A stretch of DNA of 64,000 nucleotides from the human T2T-CHM13v2.0 reference genome, Homo sapiens (GCF_009914755.1 NC_060934.1); one strand, 5' to 3'; shown: positions 13,571-27,137, counted from the first letter of the stretch. Translations and numbers: made by a program. Notes: generated by a model from the sequence alone, not told the origin.

Positions 13571-15384
13571 TTAGAACCAAAAAAGGTATATGACATTGTA
13601 ATAGAGTCATGGACAAGGATTGAGTTTAGGTAAAATTTATGCCAAGAAAATTTTTAACAGACACAAAGCAAAGCAGGGCTGTATATAAAGGAGTCAATAT
13701 CAGTTCCAAATAACCAAGCTGACACAGGGTCTTTCTTCCTCGGGAATTACAAAGTTAAGATAAATGTGGAATATTACATCAGGAAGCCACTTGTTTGATG
13801 TTCTGTATCTGTGTTGGAAATTAGACTGCTTTGCTATGTCAAGGTGACTTAAATCTTCTAGAAGAGAGTAAGATGTTTTATTTACTAATATAATTTCAAA
13901 AAAAATTTTATGGCCTATTTTAGAATATGAAATCATTCTTGAGTAATAAAATGGTAATCACTCAAAGAAAAGAGTTGTTGGGACACTTTACAGCTGCAGA
14001 ATATTCCATGGAGAAATCTTGTTTCCTGTTGACTCTACAGTTGGATTTATCTGAGTCTGTTTGTCCAGCGCGAGGAATGATAGATAACCTGATTTTTTAC
14101 TAGAAACATCTATTGCTACTGATGATAAATATAATTTCAACATTGGCATTGTTCTTCTGCTAATGGTGCTAAAACATTAAAGATATCATTTCACTTACAT
14201 TTCAGCACAAGAATGGTCAATTTTTATTTTTATGTCAATGGAAAGTTAGACTTCTTACAGTAATAGGTAAACTAATGTTTTGTAGCTCAATGTGTTTCCA
14301 CTGCTTACAAGCACAGTGTTCTAAATATTTGACCTTTGATGTGGATATTGGTGCTTCTTCAGTGGATTTATCCTCTGGATTTTCTTGGTTTCTGTGCACT
14401 ATAATCACAAAAGCCCCAATGAGGATTTAAATGTCAATGAAAATTTTATTCAAATTATACTTTAATCACCACATTTTTTAGTTTTTAAATTGCAGTACCT
14501 AAAGTTTCATTTTAAACTTATTATTTCAAAAGGATGTACTATAGAATAAAAATTTGTTTCTAAAAACTAAAGCCAAAACACCGCAGCAAGAATGTTCAAC
14601 TGTTTTCTATAAGCTCTATGACAGCCTATTTCTGTTCACTTTTCTGAGCTGTGCAGCCTATTTCTGAGCACATTTCATGTACACCTAATGTACAATTCCC
14701 CACATTTATCCTTGACCTGACCTACAAGAGACCTAAAATATAGGACATTTTGAACACTGCAGGATTACCTATGAGAGTACTGCCAATTTTTCAGCAAATG
14801 CCCAGCACAGTCAGAGAAGCACTGGATGCCTCTCCAGTTGTGCTTCTGAACTCATTTTGCAAGATGTACTTTGCAAGGAAGGAGTTATCAATGCTGTGTC
14901 TACAACGGTAGTAAATGACAACCATCTTCACTGAGCATGCTTGCTTAGAAAATAGCAGAAGTTTAGGTAAAAAGTGAAGGCTTGTGGAACAAATCTCAGT
15001 TACTTTCATACATTTTGTAATAATAACATTTACCTAACCATGATGCATTGTTGAAAAATGGAAACCTACGAGATGCTGAACTGGATGGAATCCAGGACTA
15101 TAGATAGCTATAATTGAGACTCTGGCAGGTGAACATCTTGTATGGTTATATTTACATTGGTGGAAAAAAAATGTAAACTCACTCAAGATATGTAATCAAA
15201 AATGGGTTCTTGATTATAAGGATACAGAATGATCTAATATGAAGAGTACTTAGGAAATTGAGTTGTCCCTCCAGAGGAACTGGATCTAAGAGATGCTTTT
15301 CTTTGCATACCTGTTCTTTCTGAGTCTTTCACTGCCTAGTAACTCTCTACTGTTCGACCTTATGGGGGAGAAAGGAAAATCAAT

Positions 15385-15545
15385 GCTAAAAGCTAAGGCT
15401 ATAGGAAAGGACTGCCAGATAATGAGGGGCTTTAGAATCACATTAGTGTGTTTAGAATCTACTCTTCAGGCAACGGGAAAATAATAGGATGTAGGCAAGA
15501 AAATATAATCGTATTTATATGTTAGAAAGATGAATGTGACTGAAG
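15385..15545 (-). mobile_element. L2 fragment
   Basis: GCCAGATAATGAGGGGCTTTAGAATCACATTAG...GGCAACGGGAA...TTAGAAAGATGAATGTGACTG. Confidence 0.55.
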
Positions 15546-16134
15546 AAAAAAATTCTTAAGACTTCCCAAGAGAAGAAATTGTAAAATCTACTTTTCAAAA
15601 ATTTATTGTGCCTCGTCAACAGTTGCAGCCTTCCAGGAAGTGATTTATTTGCTGATAGAATGTGTCCCAAGTGTACAAATTAAGCATTCCTTCCTACCCA
15701 ATCTCACAGGCAGAAAAAAAGAAGCATTTGAATTGTACTTATATTTCTCATTATGCTTCAGGTTCTCAAATTGGTGTGAAACAACTTCCTCTGTGAATAG
15801 TATTTTATATACTATGCCAAGGGAGTACACCACAGGGCAATAAATGCAGATGTTTTCTGACTGGGGCCTTCCCATAAAGGAAGACCATATTATAATTTGG
15901 AGGAAACTTTTTTCATTACTTTAAATATAAGCACTGTCAGAATACAGAGGAAATGGCTTAATATATATAAATATTAAAATTTAAAGGCCCAAATATTAAG
16001 TACAGGTGTATAAATGGTGTTTTGCACTGTATTTTTATTTTTATCTTTTAAATATTTTCTTCTATAATATGTATTTCAATGTAGTAATTATTAAGTATTT
16101 CTTATCTTCAAGGAATAATAATGATTATGTAGGG

Positions 16135-16310
16135 CTGTGTTTCAAAGTCTTTGTAGGTCAGTGGCAGTCTGGCTCTCTGAGATTCTTCTCTAGGGCTTAT
16201 TAAATACAAAATTCATAGGTCTCCTCCTCAAGAGTCTGATTCAGTGGATCTGGTAACCATTTACATAAATATTATAAAGCTGAGTTGGAGAAATTTTCTA
16301 TTTTCAAATA
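16135..16310. mobile_element. MER5-family MITE fragment
   Basis: GGGCTTATTAAATACAAAATTCATAGGTCTC...GAGTCTGATTCAGTGGATCTGG. Confidence 0.55.
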
Positions 16311-16735
16311 TTTGCAAGTTAGAAATGTTTCATTTCAGCCTCTTATATTCCATTCTTCCTGCTCTAGAGAAATATATATTCATCATGCCTTCACTATCAC
16401 TTGAACCTGCTAAGCAGAAATCCTCCTGCCTATAGTTTAATTCTGTCCTATTTATTCCTATACATAATATACTTCACAGCACTTTGAATATAAAAACTCC
16501 TATCAATTTTACCTCCTAAGGAATTCAATTACTCCTCACTATCTTGACTACCACCACTCTTATCTAAGTTACACTCATCTCTTTCATAATCTACAGGCGT
16601 AGCTTCCTAATTAGTCTACCTCCATCAGGCTGTGCTCCCTCCAATCTATTCCTCATAACATAGATGTACCCAACTTTTTAAAATGCAAATTGAATCATAT
16701 TGTCACCAGCTCACCTGCCTACATGCACGTGCATG

Positions 16736-16756
16736 CACACACACACACACACACAC
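16736..16756. repeat. (CA)n microsatellite, about 10 units
   Basis: Read directly from the sequence. Confidence 0.9.
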
Positions 16757-16945
16757 TCTTTACCCTTAAACAATTTCATTTTCCTTCAATAGGTTTTTAT
16801 TGTACATAGGATAAAGTCAGCATTCCTTAGAAGACTACAGTCTACATATACTAGCCATTACTACCTTTCCAACATAACCTCACATCACTACTTTATTTTC
16901 ATTCTGTGTTCTGACCACTGCACTTTTTTTAAAAAGATATCTGGA

Positions 16946-17503
16946 CTATGGTTGACAGAATAATGCCATAATGCCCCCAACCCAAGATTCCCACTTAATA
17001 ATCCCTGGAACCTAGGAATGCATCATATTATATGGTATAAGGATATTGATGATGCAGATTCAATCAACATTGCCAATAAGTTAATTGTAATATAAGATGA
17101 CCACGAATAGTCTGATTGGGAACAATCTAATCGCATGATTTCTTGGAAGCAGAAGAAGCAAACGAAGAGAGTTAGAAAAATGCAAGTTTTCATTTTAACC
17201 AAGGAATATGGTTCCCTCTAGAAGCTGGGAACAGAACAGATCTCAGCTCATTGCCAACACAAAAATAAGGGGGACCTTAATCTTATGACAATGAGCTGAA
17301 CTACACCAATAACTTGAATGAGCAAGGTAATCAACTCTTCCCTAGAGCCTCCAGAAGATATCATATTCTGCCATCACCTTGATGTCAGCCCATGAGACTG
17401 GTGTTGTACTGCTAACCTACAGTACTGTATGATAATTAGTTCAGTTTGTTTTATGCCCCTGAGCTTTTGTTGAATTGCCACCCCAGCAATAGAAAGCTAA
17501 TTC
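16946..17503 (+). mobile_element. MLT1D/E-type solo LTR
   Basis: GACAGAATAATG...ATCCCTGGAACCT...CTCTAGAAGCTGG...CCTAGAGCCTCCAGAAG...CAGCAATAGAAAGCTAAT. Confidence 0.8.
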
Positions 17504-17929
17504 TTATACCCAAGATGTTATCCGGTGATGTTCCCTGCCTAGAATATGTTTTCTCTCATATTCACAAAACTCGTATTCGTTAGATTTCAAGTTTAAAAAT
17601 TCGATTTATCTTCCACTTTTTAAAAAGTTATCTTTCAGTTAGAAAAAAAAACCCTCCTATTTCTGAATAATTTGGGCAGTACTATCAATGTACATTCTTG
17701 CACAGCTGTAAATATTTCAGTGCTATTTTTAATAGTAGATTGCAAACCCCTAGGAGCCAGATATATAACTTCATACTTTCTTGCATTTCTTCTTGTAAGC
17801 AGTATATTTTAATTTTGTTTACTTTGAACACTTTGCACCTTTTATCCAGTAAAAAACAGATAAAAGGAGAGTGTTATTCTAGAAATAGGTATTAAAAAGA
17901 GCAAGATCCATCCACTCTGCCCCAATCCT

Positions 17930-18505
17930 CCTCACCATACTGACAGAGTCGCTACATTAACTTCTAGAGTTCTGGGACAAACCCGGGTCACATACAACAA
18001 GGAATATTCACTGTTTGAAACTTGCTGGATGCTACCTATCCAAGGAAGAAAATATATCTATAATTGTACACAATAAACTTCATATTATCATAACATAAGG
18101 TGGGTACATTAATAAAAAAAAGCATGTTTAGAATTGGGTTTGACTATGTCTAGAGGATACTAGTAAATTTCAAAAAGAAATTGGATATAGAAAGGTCTTA
18201 ATTAATTACAGGAACCTGGAAAGTGGCAAGTGGTTTGACTGGTGAGAGATACTTGAAGGATCAAATTTAGACAACTGTATACAAAGAAGTCTGGAAAAGA
18301 AATAATCATTTGGATGTCATGGGAGTGGGGGGAAAGTGTGTGGATTTTAGTGTCTTGGGTCAATGATCACAGACAGTTTCTACCACAGAAGGGGAATTAA
18401 ATATCCAGGTAGTTGCATAATGCTTACACAGTAAGCCTCAGAACAGAGTAAACATGGTGGTGGCAGTGGAGGTTCTAGATGGGCCCCAAAGTGTGTCTCT
18501 CTCAA
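17930..18505 (+). mobile_element. ERVL-class pol fragment (RNase H to integrase start), inverted relative to the rest of the provirus
   Basis: CTTCTAGAGTTCTGGGACAAA (PLGFWSK-like), GTGGCAAGTGGTTTGACTGG, AAAGAAGTCTGGAAAAGA and CATGGTGGTGGCAGTGGAGG match ERVL pol in sense orientation. Confidence 0.65.
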
Positions 18506-21053
18506 AATTCCTTCTCTGAATTCCAGGTGTTAGAGGAGGTGCCCAAGGCACTGAACTTTCTGAAGAAGCTTTGCTTGCTCTGGACCTCTCAAACCTAATA
18601 GCCTTCCCTGTAACCTTTCTGTGTAGGGGACATGAGCCTTCCCAAATGTGACATATATTCAACATATAAAAAGGCCTACTAAGTTCTCTAGCTTTCTCTT
18701 AGTGCATTGAAGATGCAGGGTACAATAAACTGTCCTTCATTCAGAGTGGGTGTTCTAGCATGGTTCAGACCTTGAAACTTGAGAATCTTTACTAATGTGG
18801 TACCCTGAATCTTTGCAGGATTACCTCCCAACTACTAGAATTCATGTACCTTGCCAGAGAATCTGGAGTACGTGCCATATTCTACTTTTCAGGTGCACTT
18901 ATGTGGAGACCAGATGATCTCTTGTGAAAGAGAGTGGGATACTGAGCAAAGGAGTGGAGCAAAGCCATGAAATGAGTTACTGACCTTTCCAAGTGAACGT
19001 TAATTTGCATTGTCCTATCTCATGAGAATTAAAAATGGCATACTGACTAAATAGTTTAACACATGCCAAGTCTCAGAAGTTGTGTTGAGCTATTCCAGTG
19101 AAAATACTACGTCCAGCCTAGCTGTTGTGACTAGGGCTAACAAATAATTAACTGTGGCTCACTGCCATGCAAAATGATCCATCTGGCTTTTACTGGGATT
19201 GGGATGATAAATTGAATAGACATAAGATAGATGTCACTAATTTAGCCTCCTTTAAGTCTTTTTGTGTGGCATTAATCTCTTCCAGTCTACATAGGATGAA
19301 ACATGGTTTCTAATTTACTTACTTGGCTAGAGACAAGATCAGTTCAGTAGCTTCCAATTAACCATTCTTTTTTAGTATATTTTATTCCATAGATCTGAGA
19401 ACCGGTATGATTATTCTGCAAAATGCTAACTATACTCTTACTGATTACAAACATGGGGACCACAAGAATGACCGAAGGGTGTCAGGGCAGCTTACTCTCA
19501 CTGCAATATGAGTTTTTGTCTTTGCACAAGTTAACTCTAATACGGTTTATGATGGGACTGTTTTTCTATTGGTATCAGTGTCTGCTCAGAACCTGCATGC
19601 AGTAAGCCTTGTAACAGCTGTGTATTTCTTTTTCTAGAGTAGACAGTTATTCCAGAAAATGGTCATAGGTCTCATTGATGAAAGCATTAGTGAATATGTT
19701 ATGATGTATACTTGCTGAGGCATTGCTGGGGCTTTTCTTAAGGTGACTAAGCCTCTCCTTCCATGTCTGGCATATAAGTCTGAGAACTAGCTTAAGCCTG
19801 AAAATTTGAAAAATAAATTCTGATTTTCTACTATTATGGATAACATTGGCCTTCTGTTCACCTACTTTTGAGGTTTTTCATGTATTTAAGTCAAGTAATG
19901 TCCTTCTTAGCTGTCATCTAGCTCACCCATAGTGCAATATAGATTTATTAGACAACACCCCAGACCCTGTGGTCTAAGGTCTTTTGACTGCCATGTTGAC
20001 CTTGCTAATCATGTCACTCTGTCTCAGTTAAGTAGTTACCTGTCTTATGCTATTTTGGAATGTTACAATTGCCACTGGCTACAGAATCATCCCTTAAGAG
20101 GAACTCTGGCCTGCAGAAGAGAGCAACCATTATCTTTACAAACAACATTGGTGACTGCTCTACTTAGTAAATTAATTATTGCTTTGGTAAAGAGTGTGTC
20201 CTTTGGCTCTTCCTGAATAATTTAGTAAGTTGGTAGATTCTCTGATATTATAAAATATATCTATTGCAACAGAATCAACTCTCTGAGCTTTTTCACGGTT
20301 TCTCCCACACTCTGACAAAGTATTTACAGCATTTCTGCCCCATTCATGGTAAGCCATCATGTATCCACACTTCAAAGATACACTCCGCAGTGCATGAGAA
20401 CAAGCTCCAAGTGCCTTGCCTGGAAATTCAGTCATAAAGCACAGAAGAGAATTCCCTCCATATTCTTCCTGGCCTTATATCACCTAATCCCCATTCCACC
20501 ATCTTCAAAATAAAATTATAAGCACATTCTCCAAGGTTCTGTACTTCCTTGATAGAACATTGTAAACTTCTCCCTTACCAAATCTAAAATAATACTTTCT
20601 ACGTGACATGGTGATATTTGACCCCTGTTTTTTTCTTTGGATTCAGCGAGTAAAGGTAGGGGTAACTGCAAGAGATGAATGCTCATTTAACACTATATTT
20701 ACCCCATTCTCTGTGTTAATCTTTGTCTAACCCAAGCCTAGCATTTTTTGCCTTCACATCATAAATGACACTAATAGTACACAAATACCTCCAGAGCTTT
20801 TTGAATTATTGCTGACTACCTACTCTTGAATAACAGGGGTATTGCATTATCATATGCATCCTCTTCCATCTTGATTCCATAACAATTTAACATAGGTCAG
20901 AGTATTAGCAATAGTGATTCAATTATATGGGAAGGGTGATTGCTTCCCTAAACCCACCAGCATTAAGATCGTTGTTGCCATTTAGCTGTCTGGTGATCAA
21001 TTCTGGAATTGTATCCTGAGTATCTACTTCTTAGGATCAATTCTGGCACCAAA
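18506..21053 (-). mobile_element. ERVL-class internal region (HERV16/ERV3-16A3_I-like): leader, gag, pro, RT; decayed
   Basis: Minus strand gives RT remnants AAGCCAGATGGATCA (K-P-D-G-S), GACGTAGTATTTTCACTGGAATAGCTCAACACA, AAAGATTCAGGG and TTTGAGAGGTCCAGAGCAAG; PBS-like TGGTGCCAGAA next to the LTR. Confidence 0.8.
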
Positions 21054-21554
21054 TGTGGTAGTTTAGGTTCTCCTAGAAAGCAAACCCTTAGCAAAATTGA
21101 TGCTTGCTAAAACCTTAGCATTGATTAGAATTAAGTACAGGAAGAAGTTTATTTGTAATTGAATCTATGAGACATTAATAGGAAAGAAGAAATAAAACAG
21201 GAAAATAAAGGCAGTCAATTATATGTATGTTGTTAGTCAAGTGACCTCTGAGGTCATCTAAAGCTTAACCATACTAGATCTTCAGGATCCAGCACAATAT
21301 ATGCACAATGAATGGAAAAGCTGTGATGTTTATACACAAGTCACTGTTCATCACTAGTTGAGACCTATGAGGTATGACTGGGAATGGCAGTTAATTATCT
21401 GGCAATTCACTAGCCTACAGTACAGAAAGCAAACTTCACTCAGGTGGTCATAGAGCCCAGGCAAAGAAATACTCATATTGGCTACTAAGAGTTGAGACTG
21501 TGTTGAAGTGAAGAAGTAGGGGTATAAAAGTAGAGCACCAGTGCTTCTGTTGCA
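21054..21554 (-). mobile_element. LTR16C-like 5' LTR of the provirus
   Basis: TG...CA ends; GTTTAGGTTCTCCTAGAAAGCAAACCCT, AAGTTTATTTG, CAGGCAAAGA and GAGCACCAGTGCTTCTGTTGCA are colinear with LTR16C reverse complement. Confidence 0.75.
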
Positions 21555-23224
21555 TAAGTCTCTGCTCCTAAGTCACTATAAGATAAGAAAAACTTCTCAA
21601 CTTTACATCCTTTCTTATTTCACAGAAATAAGAATATGCCTTTAAACTTTATTTCTGAAACTTTGTATAAACAGGCAACAAAATGAGCAGAAATAACATT
21701 GACCAATTAGGAAAGACAAATATACACACAAACTTAAAAATAATATTTGTTACTAGTCTTCTTTTAAATGTAAATTCTCTTCCACCCCTGATTTGTATTT
21801 CTTGGATTCCAATAGCATCAGGGGTAGATTCATATAAAATTACACAGACATTGCCCTGGGGAAATGTGGTTGGAACTGTGGCCATATCTAGTTGTTTTCT
21901 AATTCTCCTGTTTTCCACTTCTTAGATTTCCTTACAGGTGTAGATTCAATATTTTCTTTCAGGACCTGAGTTATGGTGAGTTACTGTTATGTAGTAACTT
22001 CTATTATGCTTGCTACCTGCATACACACAAGGTCTGAACCAAGAAGGCAGGAACAGAGCAACGCACACTGCATAGGACTTGTCTCAAGAAAATCACATTG
22101 TCATATCTCTTTTGTAACCTTGTTAAAGTCATTTGTTTCAAGTTGAAATATTTAGTAGTAGAGTGTGACACCCCCAGGAATCCCTCCACCCACACAACAA
22201 TCAGGCCGGCACTGCTCTACTTGCCCTACACAAATACACTTGAATATTTCCAAAATCTATGCCATTCCTCTATTCCAAGGACTTTCTTACTCAGGCTTAC
22301 CCATATTCCTATTGAACTAGTTTGCCTTAATTATCTCCTTTACTGACTCAAAGTTGAATGGTAAAAACCACAGCTATTCTACCTAGAAAAATAGAAACCT
22401 TGTCATTACCAAGATAAATAATGTCCTTACTAAAACTACTACATGTCAATATGAGCTACTTACGTACATTTTATTTGTAAATTTAAAAATCATTTTCTCC
22501 TTTGAACTTTTTTTGCAATTATTGGAGTTATCTTACAATATGTATGTATGTCTTGATTATTAGGTCAAAATAATAAAGTTTATTAGCCTTCCTACAGGAT
22601 TAGAAATTTATTCCATTTTGACCATCAGCTTTTTATAATCTATGCTATTATAATGAGCCTAAACTACTTATTTAAAACCCAAGGTTTCTCTTAGCTATTC
22701 AGTAGCAAAAGGTAATGTTCTTCAAAGAGAATACATATATATTCTGACTGAAATATTGAAACATAGTGCAGAAAGGTGCTAAAGGAATAAGTTCTTCATA
22801 GCTAGCTGTATTTTCAAGATGGTTCCCTTTCCAGAATTTTTTTCAAGATTTCACAAGTTTTCATACCCTATCTATGTAGTGCTTACTTTCTGCCAGAACA
22901 GCTTCATCAATAGGAGCAGACAGAACAAAGCTGTGACAGGGAAGTTACACTGAGTCTATTTGTTGACCACAGTTTATTTCCCAACATTCATAGATCTCAC
23001 ATCTATCCATATCAACTTTTTGTGCATATCAACTTTCATTATCAGTATATCATGCCTATGCTATCAATTTTCGTTGATCTCACATCCTACTGCAGTCAAC
23101 ATCATAAACAACATTTAGACAAAATAATTTGAATATGCCTGAGCTCGTTGATATTATTGAGGAGTTGCCCTGGTCTGTTTCCATAGAATAGAATGTTGCA
23201 TAGGGTGTGTAGTATGAAAGAAAT

Positions 23225-23375
23225 GCAATGGATTTCCAGTATGATAGAACCAAATTTAAATTTGGCTTGAACACTGCCAAATTGTTTGAACTTTTGAAAA
23301 CTGCGTAATCATTTCAAACTTCAAAATTCTACTCGATAGAATGGGAATTTGATTGTTGTGATAATTAAATATAAG
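23225..23375 (+). mobile_element. MIR fragment
   Basis: Diverged MIR core (...ATAGAATGGGAAT...GATTGTTGTGATAATTAAAT). Confidence 0.45.
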
Positions 23376-23419
23376 TAGTTGAGTAGATTGTTTTATGTTA
23401 ATTATGCATTTAATGGTTA

Positions 23420-23822
23420 CAGTATTAGCTCTGTATTGTTACTTAACATATTACTGAAAACTTAGCTTCCTAAAACAACACACATTTATTTCAAAATTAC
23501 TGTGGGTCAAGAGTCTGGGCATGGCTTAATTGGATCCTCTATGTAGGATCTCAGATGGCTGCAATCAGTTTATTAGCCAGTTTGTGTTCTCATCTGGAGA
23601 CTGGACTTAGGATTAATCCACTTTGAAGCTCATTTGGTTTCTTGGCAGCAAGATGAAGTCTTATACAACTTAACTGTAATGACAGAAGGAATATCTCATC
23701 ATCTTTGCCATATTCTCTTAACTAGGTGCAAGTGACAAGTATCTCCCACTCTTAAGAGGAGGTAGTTATACAAAAGTGAACACTAAGCAGGTAGAAATCA
23801 CAGGGTCACCTTAGGGTCTTAA
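23420..23822 (-). mobile_element. MLT1F/G-type LTR with internal deletion
   Basis: AAAACAACACACATTTATT...CTGTGGGTCAAGAGTCTGGGCATGGCTTA...TTTGCCATATTCT. Confidence 0.7.
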
Positions 23823-24279
23823 ACAGTAAATAAGTTATTACTTCTCCAAGTCCTAGATTTCCCGAGCTTTTAAAGCCCTTTTGGCAATGATTTTACAGAA
23901 CTAGGTCTTAGATTCTTGCTGATAAAATTTCTTTTAGCATATGTTTCTTAATGAAAAATGAATGTGTGAGTTTTTGTTTTCCAAAGGGTTCTTATAATAA
24001 AAATTATTTCCAATAGCTTATGAAGTATGACTTCAATTTCTTCCTTAGGTCTCAATACTAGAAAAAATCAAATTTCCCATTTCTGATAGTTAATCAGATG
24101 TTCCTCTAGTCGCATATATGCTTCTCTAATATAATATATACATATAATCATTAAATTTAACACATCATATTATTCAAAAGATAGCCTGAAGAAAGATTAT
24201 ATATAATATATATATGTAAATTGCTAGTAGATATATTAAAAATTGTATAACACCTTTGGTCATATGAATACAAATTTAG

Positions 24280-25010
24280 AACTGCAGTGAAATATCAGTA
24301 TATACCTATCAGAAAGGTTGAAATTAAAAAAGATAAGACAGATAATACCAGGGCTTGAAAAAAATATGAAATAACTAAAATTTTCTTATATTCCTTATGA
24401 GAATGTAGTCAAACTACATCAGAACATTTTAATGGTATTAACTTAGGCTAATTCTATGACACATGCTAATTTTATGACCAAGAAATCTCACTCTTACAGA
24501 GCAAAGAAAAAAAATGAGCATGTATGCCTATTAAAAAATAAGTGAAACAATGTATTTTTTATAATTTTATTAATAATAACCCCAAATTGAGAATAAACCA
24601 AATGAACATAAATAGGCAAATGAAATATAATGGAATAATAAATAGCAATTAAAAATATCAAACTACTGATATGAATAATAGCTGCAAATCAAAAATTTAT
24701 TATCCTAAGTCAATGACACCAGACAGAAAAGGGTAAATACTAATAATTTAAATGAATTTCAAAAGAGGACGAATTCTTGATAAATAGCATAAAATAATGG
24801 TAGATGTTTAAATGAAATTTTTTTTTTTTCCTGAGGCAAGTATTAACTGGGAAGGGGCATGAGGCACTTTCTGGGAACCTGGACTTTCTATGTGTTGATA
24901 TGGATTGTGATTACATGGCTGTATACGTACATAAAATATATTCAAGCTGTATACCTAAGAGTTACACAGTTCATAAACTTTATAGCTTATGTTACACTGC
25001 AATAAAAATG
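24280..25010 (+). mobile_element. L1ME 3' end
   Basis: ORF2 C-terminal remnant, TAACTGGGAAGGGGCATGAGG...TTCTGGG, ends TGTTACACTGCAATAAAAA. Confidence 0.75.
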
Positions 25011-25248
25011 AAAGCAAGCATGCATATGGCTAGAGGAATGCGGGGATGAGCCTTAGGTGTAGGAGGACTAGGCTCTTACAGTATTTTCTTTAAAAATAAC
25101 CTTTGTTCTACCTTGACTTTTGTTACCAAATCTTAAACTAGATGAATTCTGAAATCTTCCACTATTCTGCGTATGGACTAGTGAGTAGCTAAACACATGT
25201 GAAACCTTTTTAGAGTTCTACTATTATTACTACTCACAAAAAGTTTAA

Positions 25249-25507
<259 letters not shown>

Positions 25508-26199
25508 AAATGTGGCAATTTTGCTAATTCTACATTTTACTAAGTTTTATATTTTGCCGATGAACAATGTAAACACAAAACTTCCCTTACTCCATATTAT
25601 TCCACTCTCAAAATTATATATATGGAAAGATGTATGTTCTTATAGCTGGCATTTTGAATTAGAAGAGACAATAATTGTTAAATTCCTTTTTTTCCCTATT
25701 TTAATGCCATCTCCTAATAAAACTTCCTGGTTATATTTTCTGCTCTATAAAAAGAGTAAGGACTTAGAAATCCACAATATGATTGACACTTACTTACCAA
25801 TATATTATGATAACCAGTACAACTTACTGTACCATTCAATGTGTTTTTATAGTCTTCAGTTAATTACATGGTAACTAAGACCTCGTAATATACAGTCAAA
25901 TGGGTTTGGCTATAGATGTGTCTAATCATGAACTCATATTTTTAAATACTCACTTCAGAGGATTTTTTTAAGCTACCTTACTGTTATATTCACCTTATTT
26001 CTCCATTATATTTTCTATAAAAAACTATTGATAGATAACATTTAAAGCTAATACTTTAAAATAAATGTTTATGCCTTTGAAGGTCTGAGAATTCCATTAA
26101 AAGCTTTGATTTTACATACATTTTAGGCAATAGTGGAATTTATCAGATATTTTATTCAACTCTTTGAAATTAAGATATATCACAAAAATTTGAAATTGT

Positions 26200-26460
26200 G
26201 TCATCCATAAAAACTAATCATATCTCTTCCTTTGTAAAAGTATTTCAATGGCTGTCACTGGTCTGGTGGTAAAGGTGAAACTTACTATCATGTCTTAGAA
26301 GGATGTACCATGTTCTTCCCTTATATAATTGAGTCTCTGCTGCCATATCCAGCCTCAACTCACACTGCTCCTAAATCTTACTCCTATGTTTAGCCTTTTT
26401 ATTGTTTTCAATTTCGTAAATACAGGCTTTTATGTCACTTATGGACATTTGGATATTGTA
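26200..26460 (+). mobile_element. L2 fragment
   Basis: TAATCATATCTCTTCCTTTGTAAAAGTATTTCAATGGCT. Confidence 0.5.
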
Positions 26461-26543
26461 ATGATATTATAGTCTATTTTAGAAGTTTTTTTTCAAATAT
26501 GGCAATTATGTTACTATATTAGAGTCTTGAAAATAATAGAGTT

Positions 26544-26846
26544 GGCCAGGCGCGGTGGCTCACGCCTGTAATCCCTGCACTTTGGAAGGTCCAGGCGGGC
26601 GGATCACGAGGTCAGGAATTCAAGACCAGCCTGGTCAACATGGTGAAAGCCCATCTCTACTAAAACTACAAAAATTAGCTGGACATGGTGGTGCATACCT
26701 GTAAATCCAGCTACTCAGGAGGCTGAGGCAGAAGAATTACTTGAACCGGGATCTGGGAGGCGGAGGTTGCAGTGAATCAGATCGCACTGCTGCACTCCAG
26801 CCTGGGCTACAGAGCAAGACTCCATCTCAAAATAATAATAATTATT
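26544..26846 (+). mobile_element. AluSg-lineage element with 7-bp right-arm duplication (Sg1/Sg7-like)
   Basis: GATCACGAGGTCAGGA, GAACCGGGATCTGGGAGG, CTGGGCTACAGAG; (AAT)n tail; TSD ending ATAGAGTT. Confidence 0.92.
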
Positions 26847-27137
26847 AGAATTATAGAGTTACATTATACTATTCAAGAAAATGGAGTAGAATCAAAGAGC
26901 ATTTTACTGTCATATCCCTAGCCATATGCCTGTTTTCGAGAAAACATTTTTATATTTTTCTAGCCTTTCACATTATTATAAAACGTGTACAAAAGAAAAA
27001 AACTGCATATAAATGTCTTTCCATTGATCTACTGATATTAATAAATATTTCAACAGTTTAAAATAAATCTGATTTCTGAATATAATTTTCCCCCGTATAG
27101 AGAAAAATAAGTGAAGTAAAAAATAAAGAAGCAACAT

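Larger units (their letters stand above)
16340..17800 (+). mobile_element. L2, split by a (CA)n tract and an MLT1 LTR
   Basis: CTCCCTCCAATCTATTCCTCA...TTTTTAAAATGCAAATTGAATCAT; resumes after the LTR with TGTTCCCTGCCTAGAAT. Confidence 0.65.

Noticed and set aside
14761-14950. Possible minus-strand exon ending at AG|GTAATC (about 14768) with ORF 14791-15009
   Set aside because: Mediocre donor and acceptor, no recognisable protein similarity; within chance expectation
18438-20435. ORFs inside the ERV internal region as domesticated retroviral genes
   Set aside because: All under 100 aa and not restoring gag/pol motifs in frame; pol is heavily disrupted
25512-25874. 120-aa ORF, and 113-aa ORFs at 35976-36317 and 42296-42637
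   Set aside because: AT-biased composition, several lack an ATG start, no domains or splice context; chance ORFs
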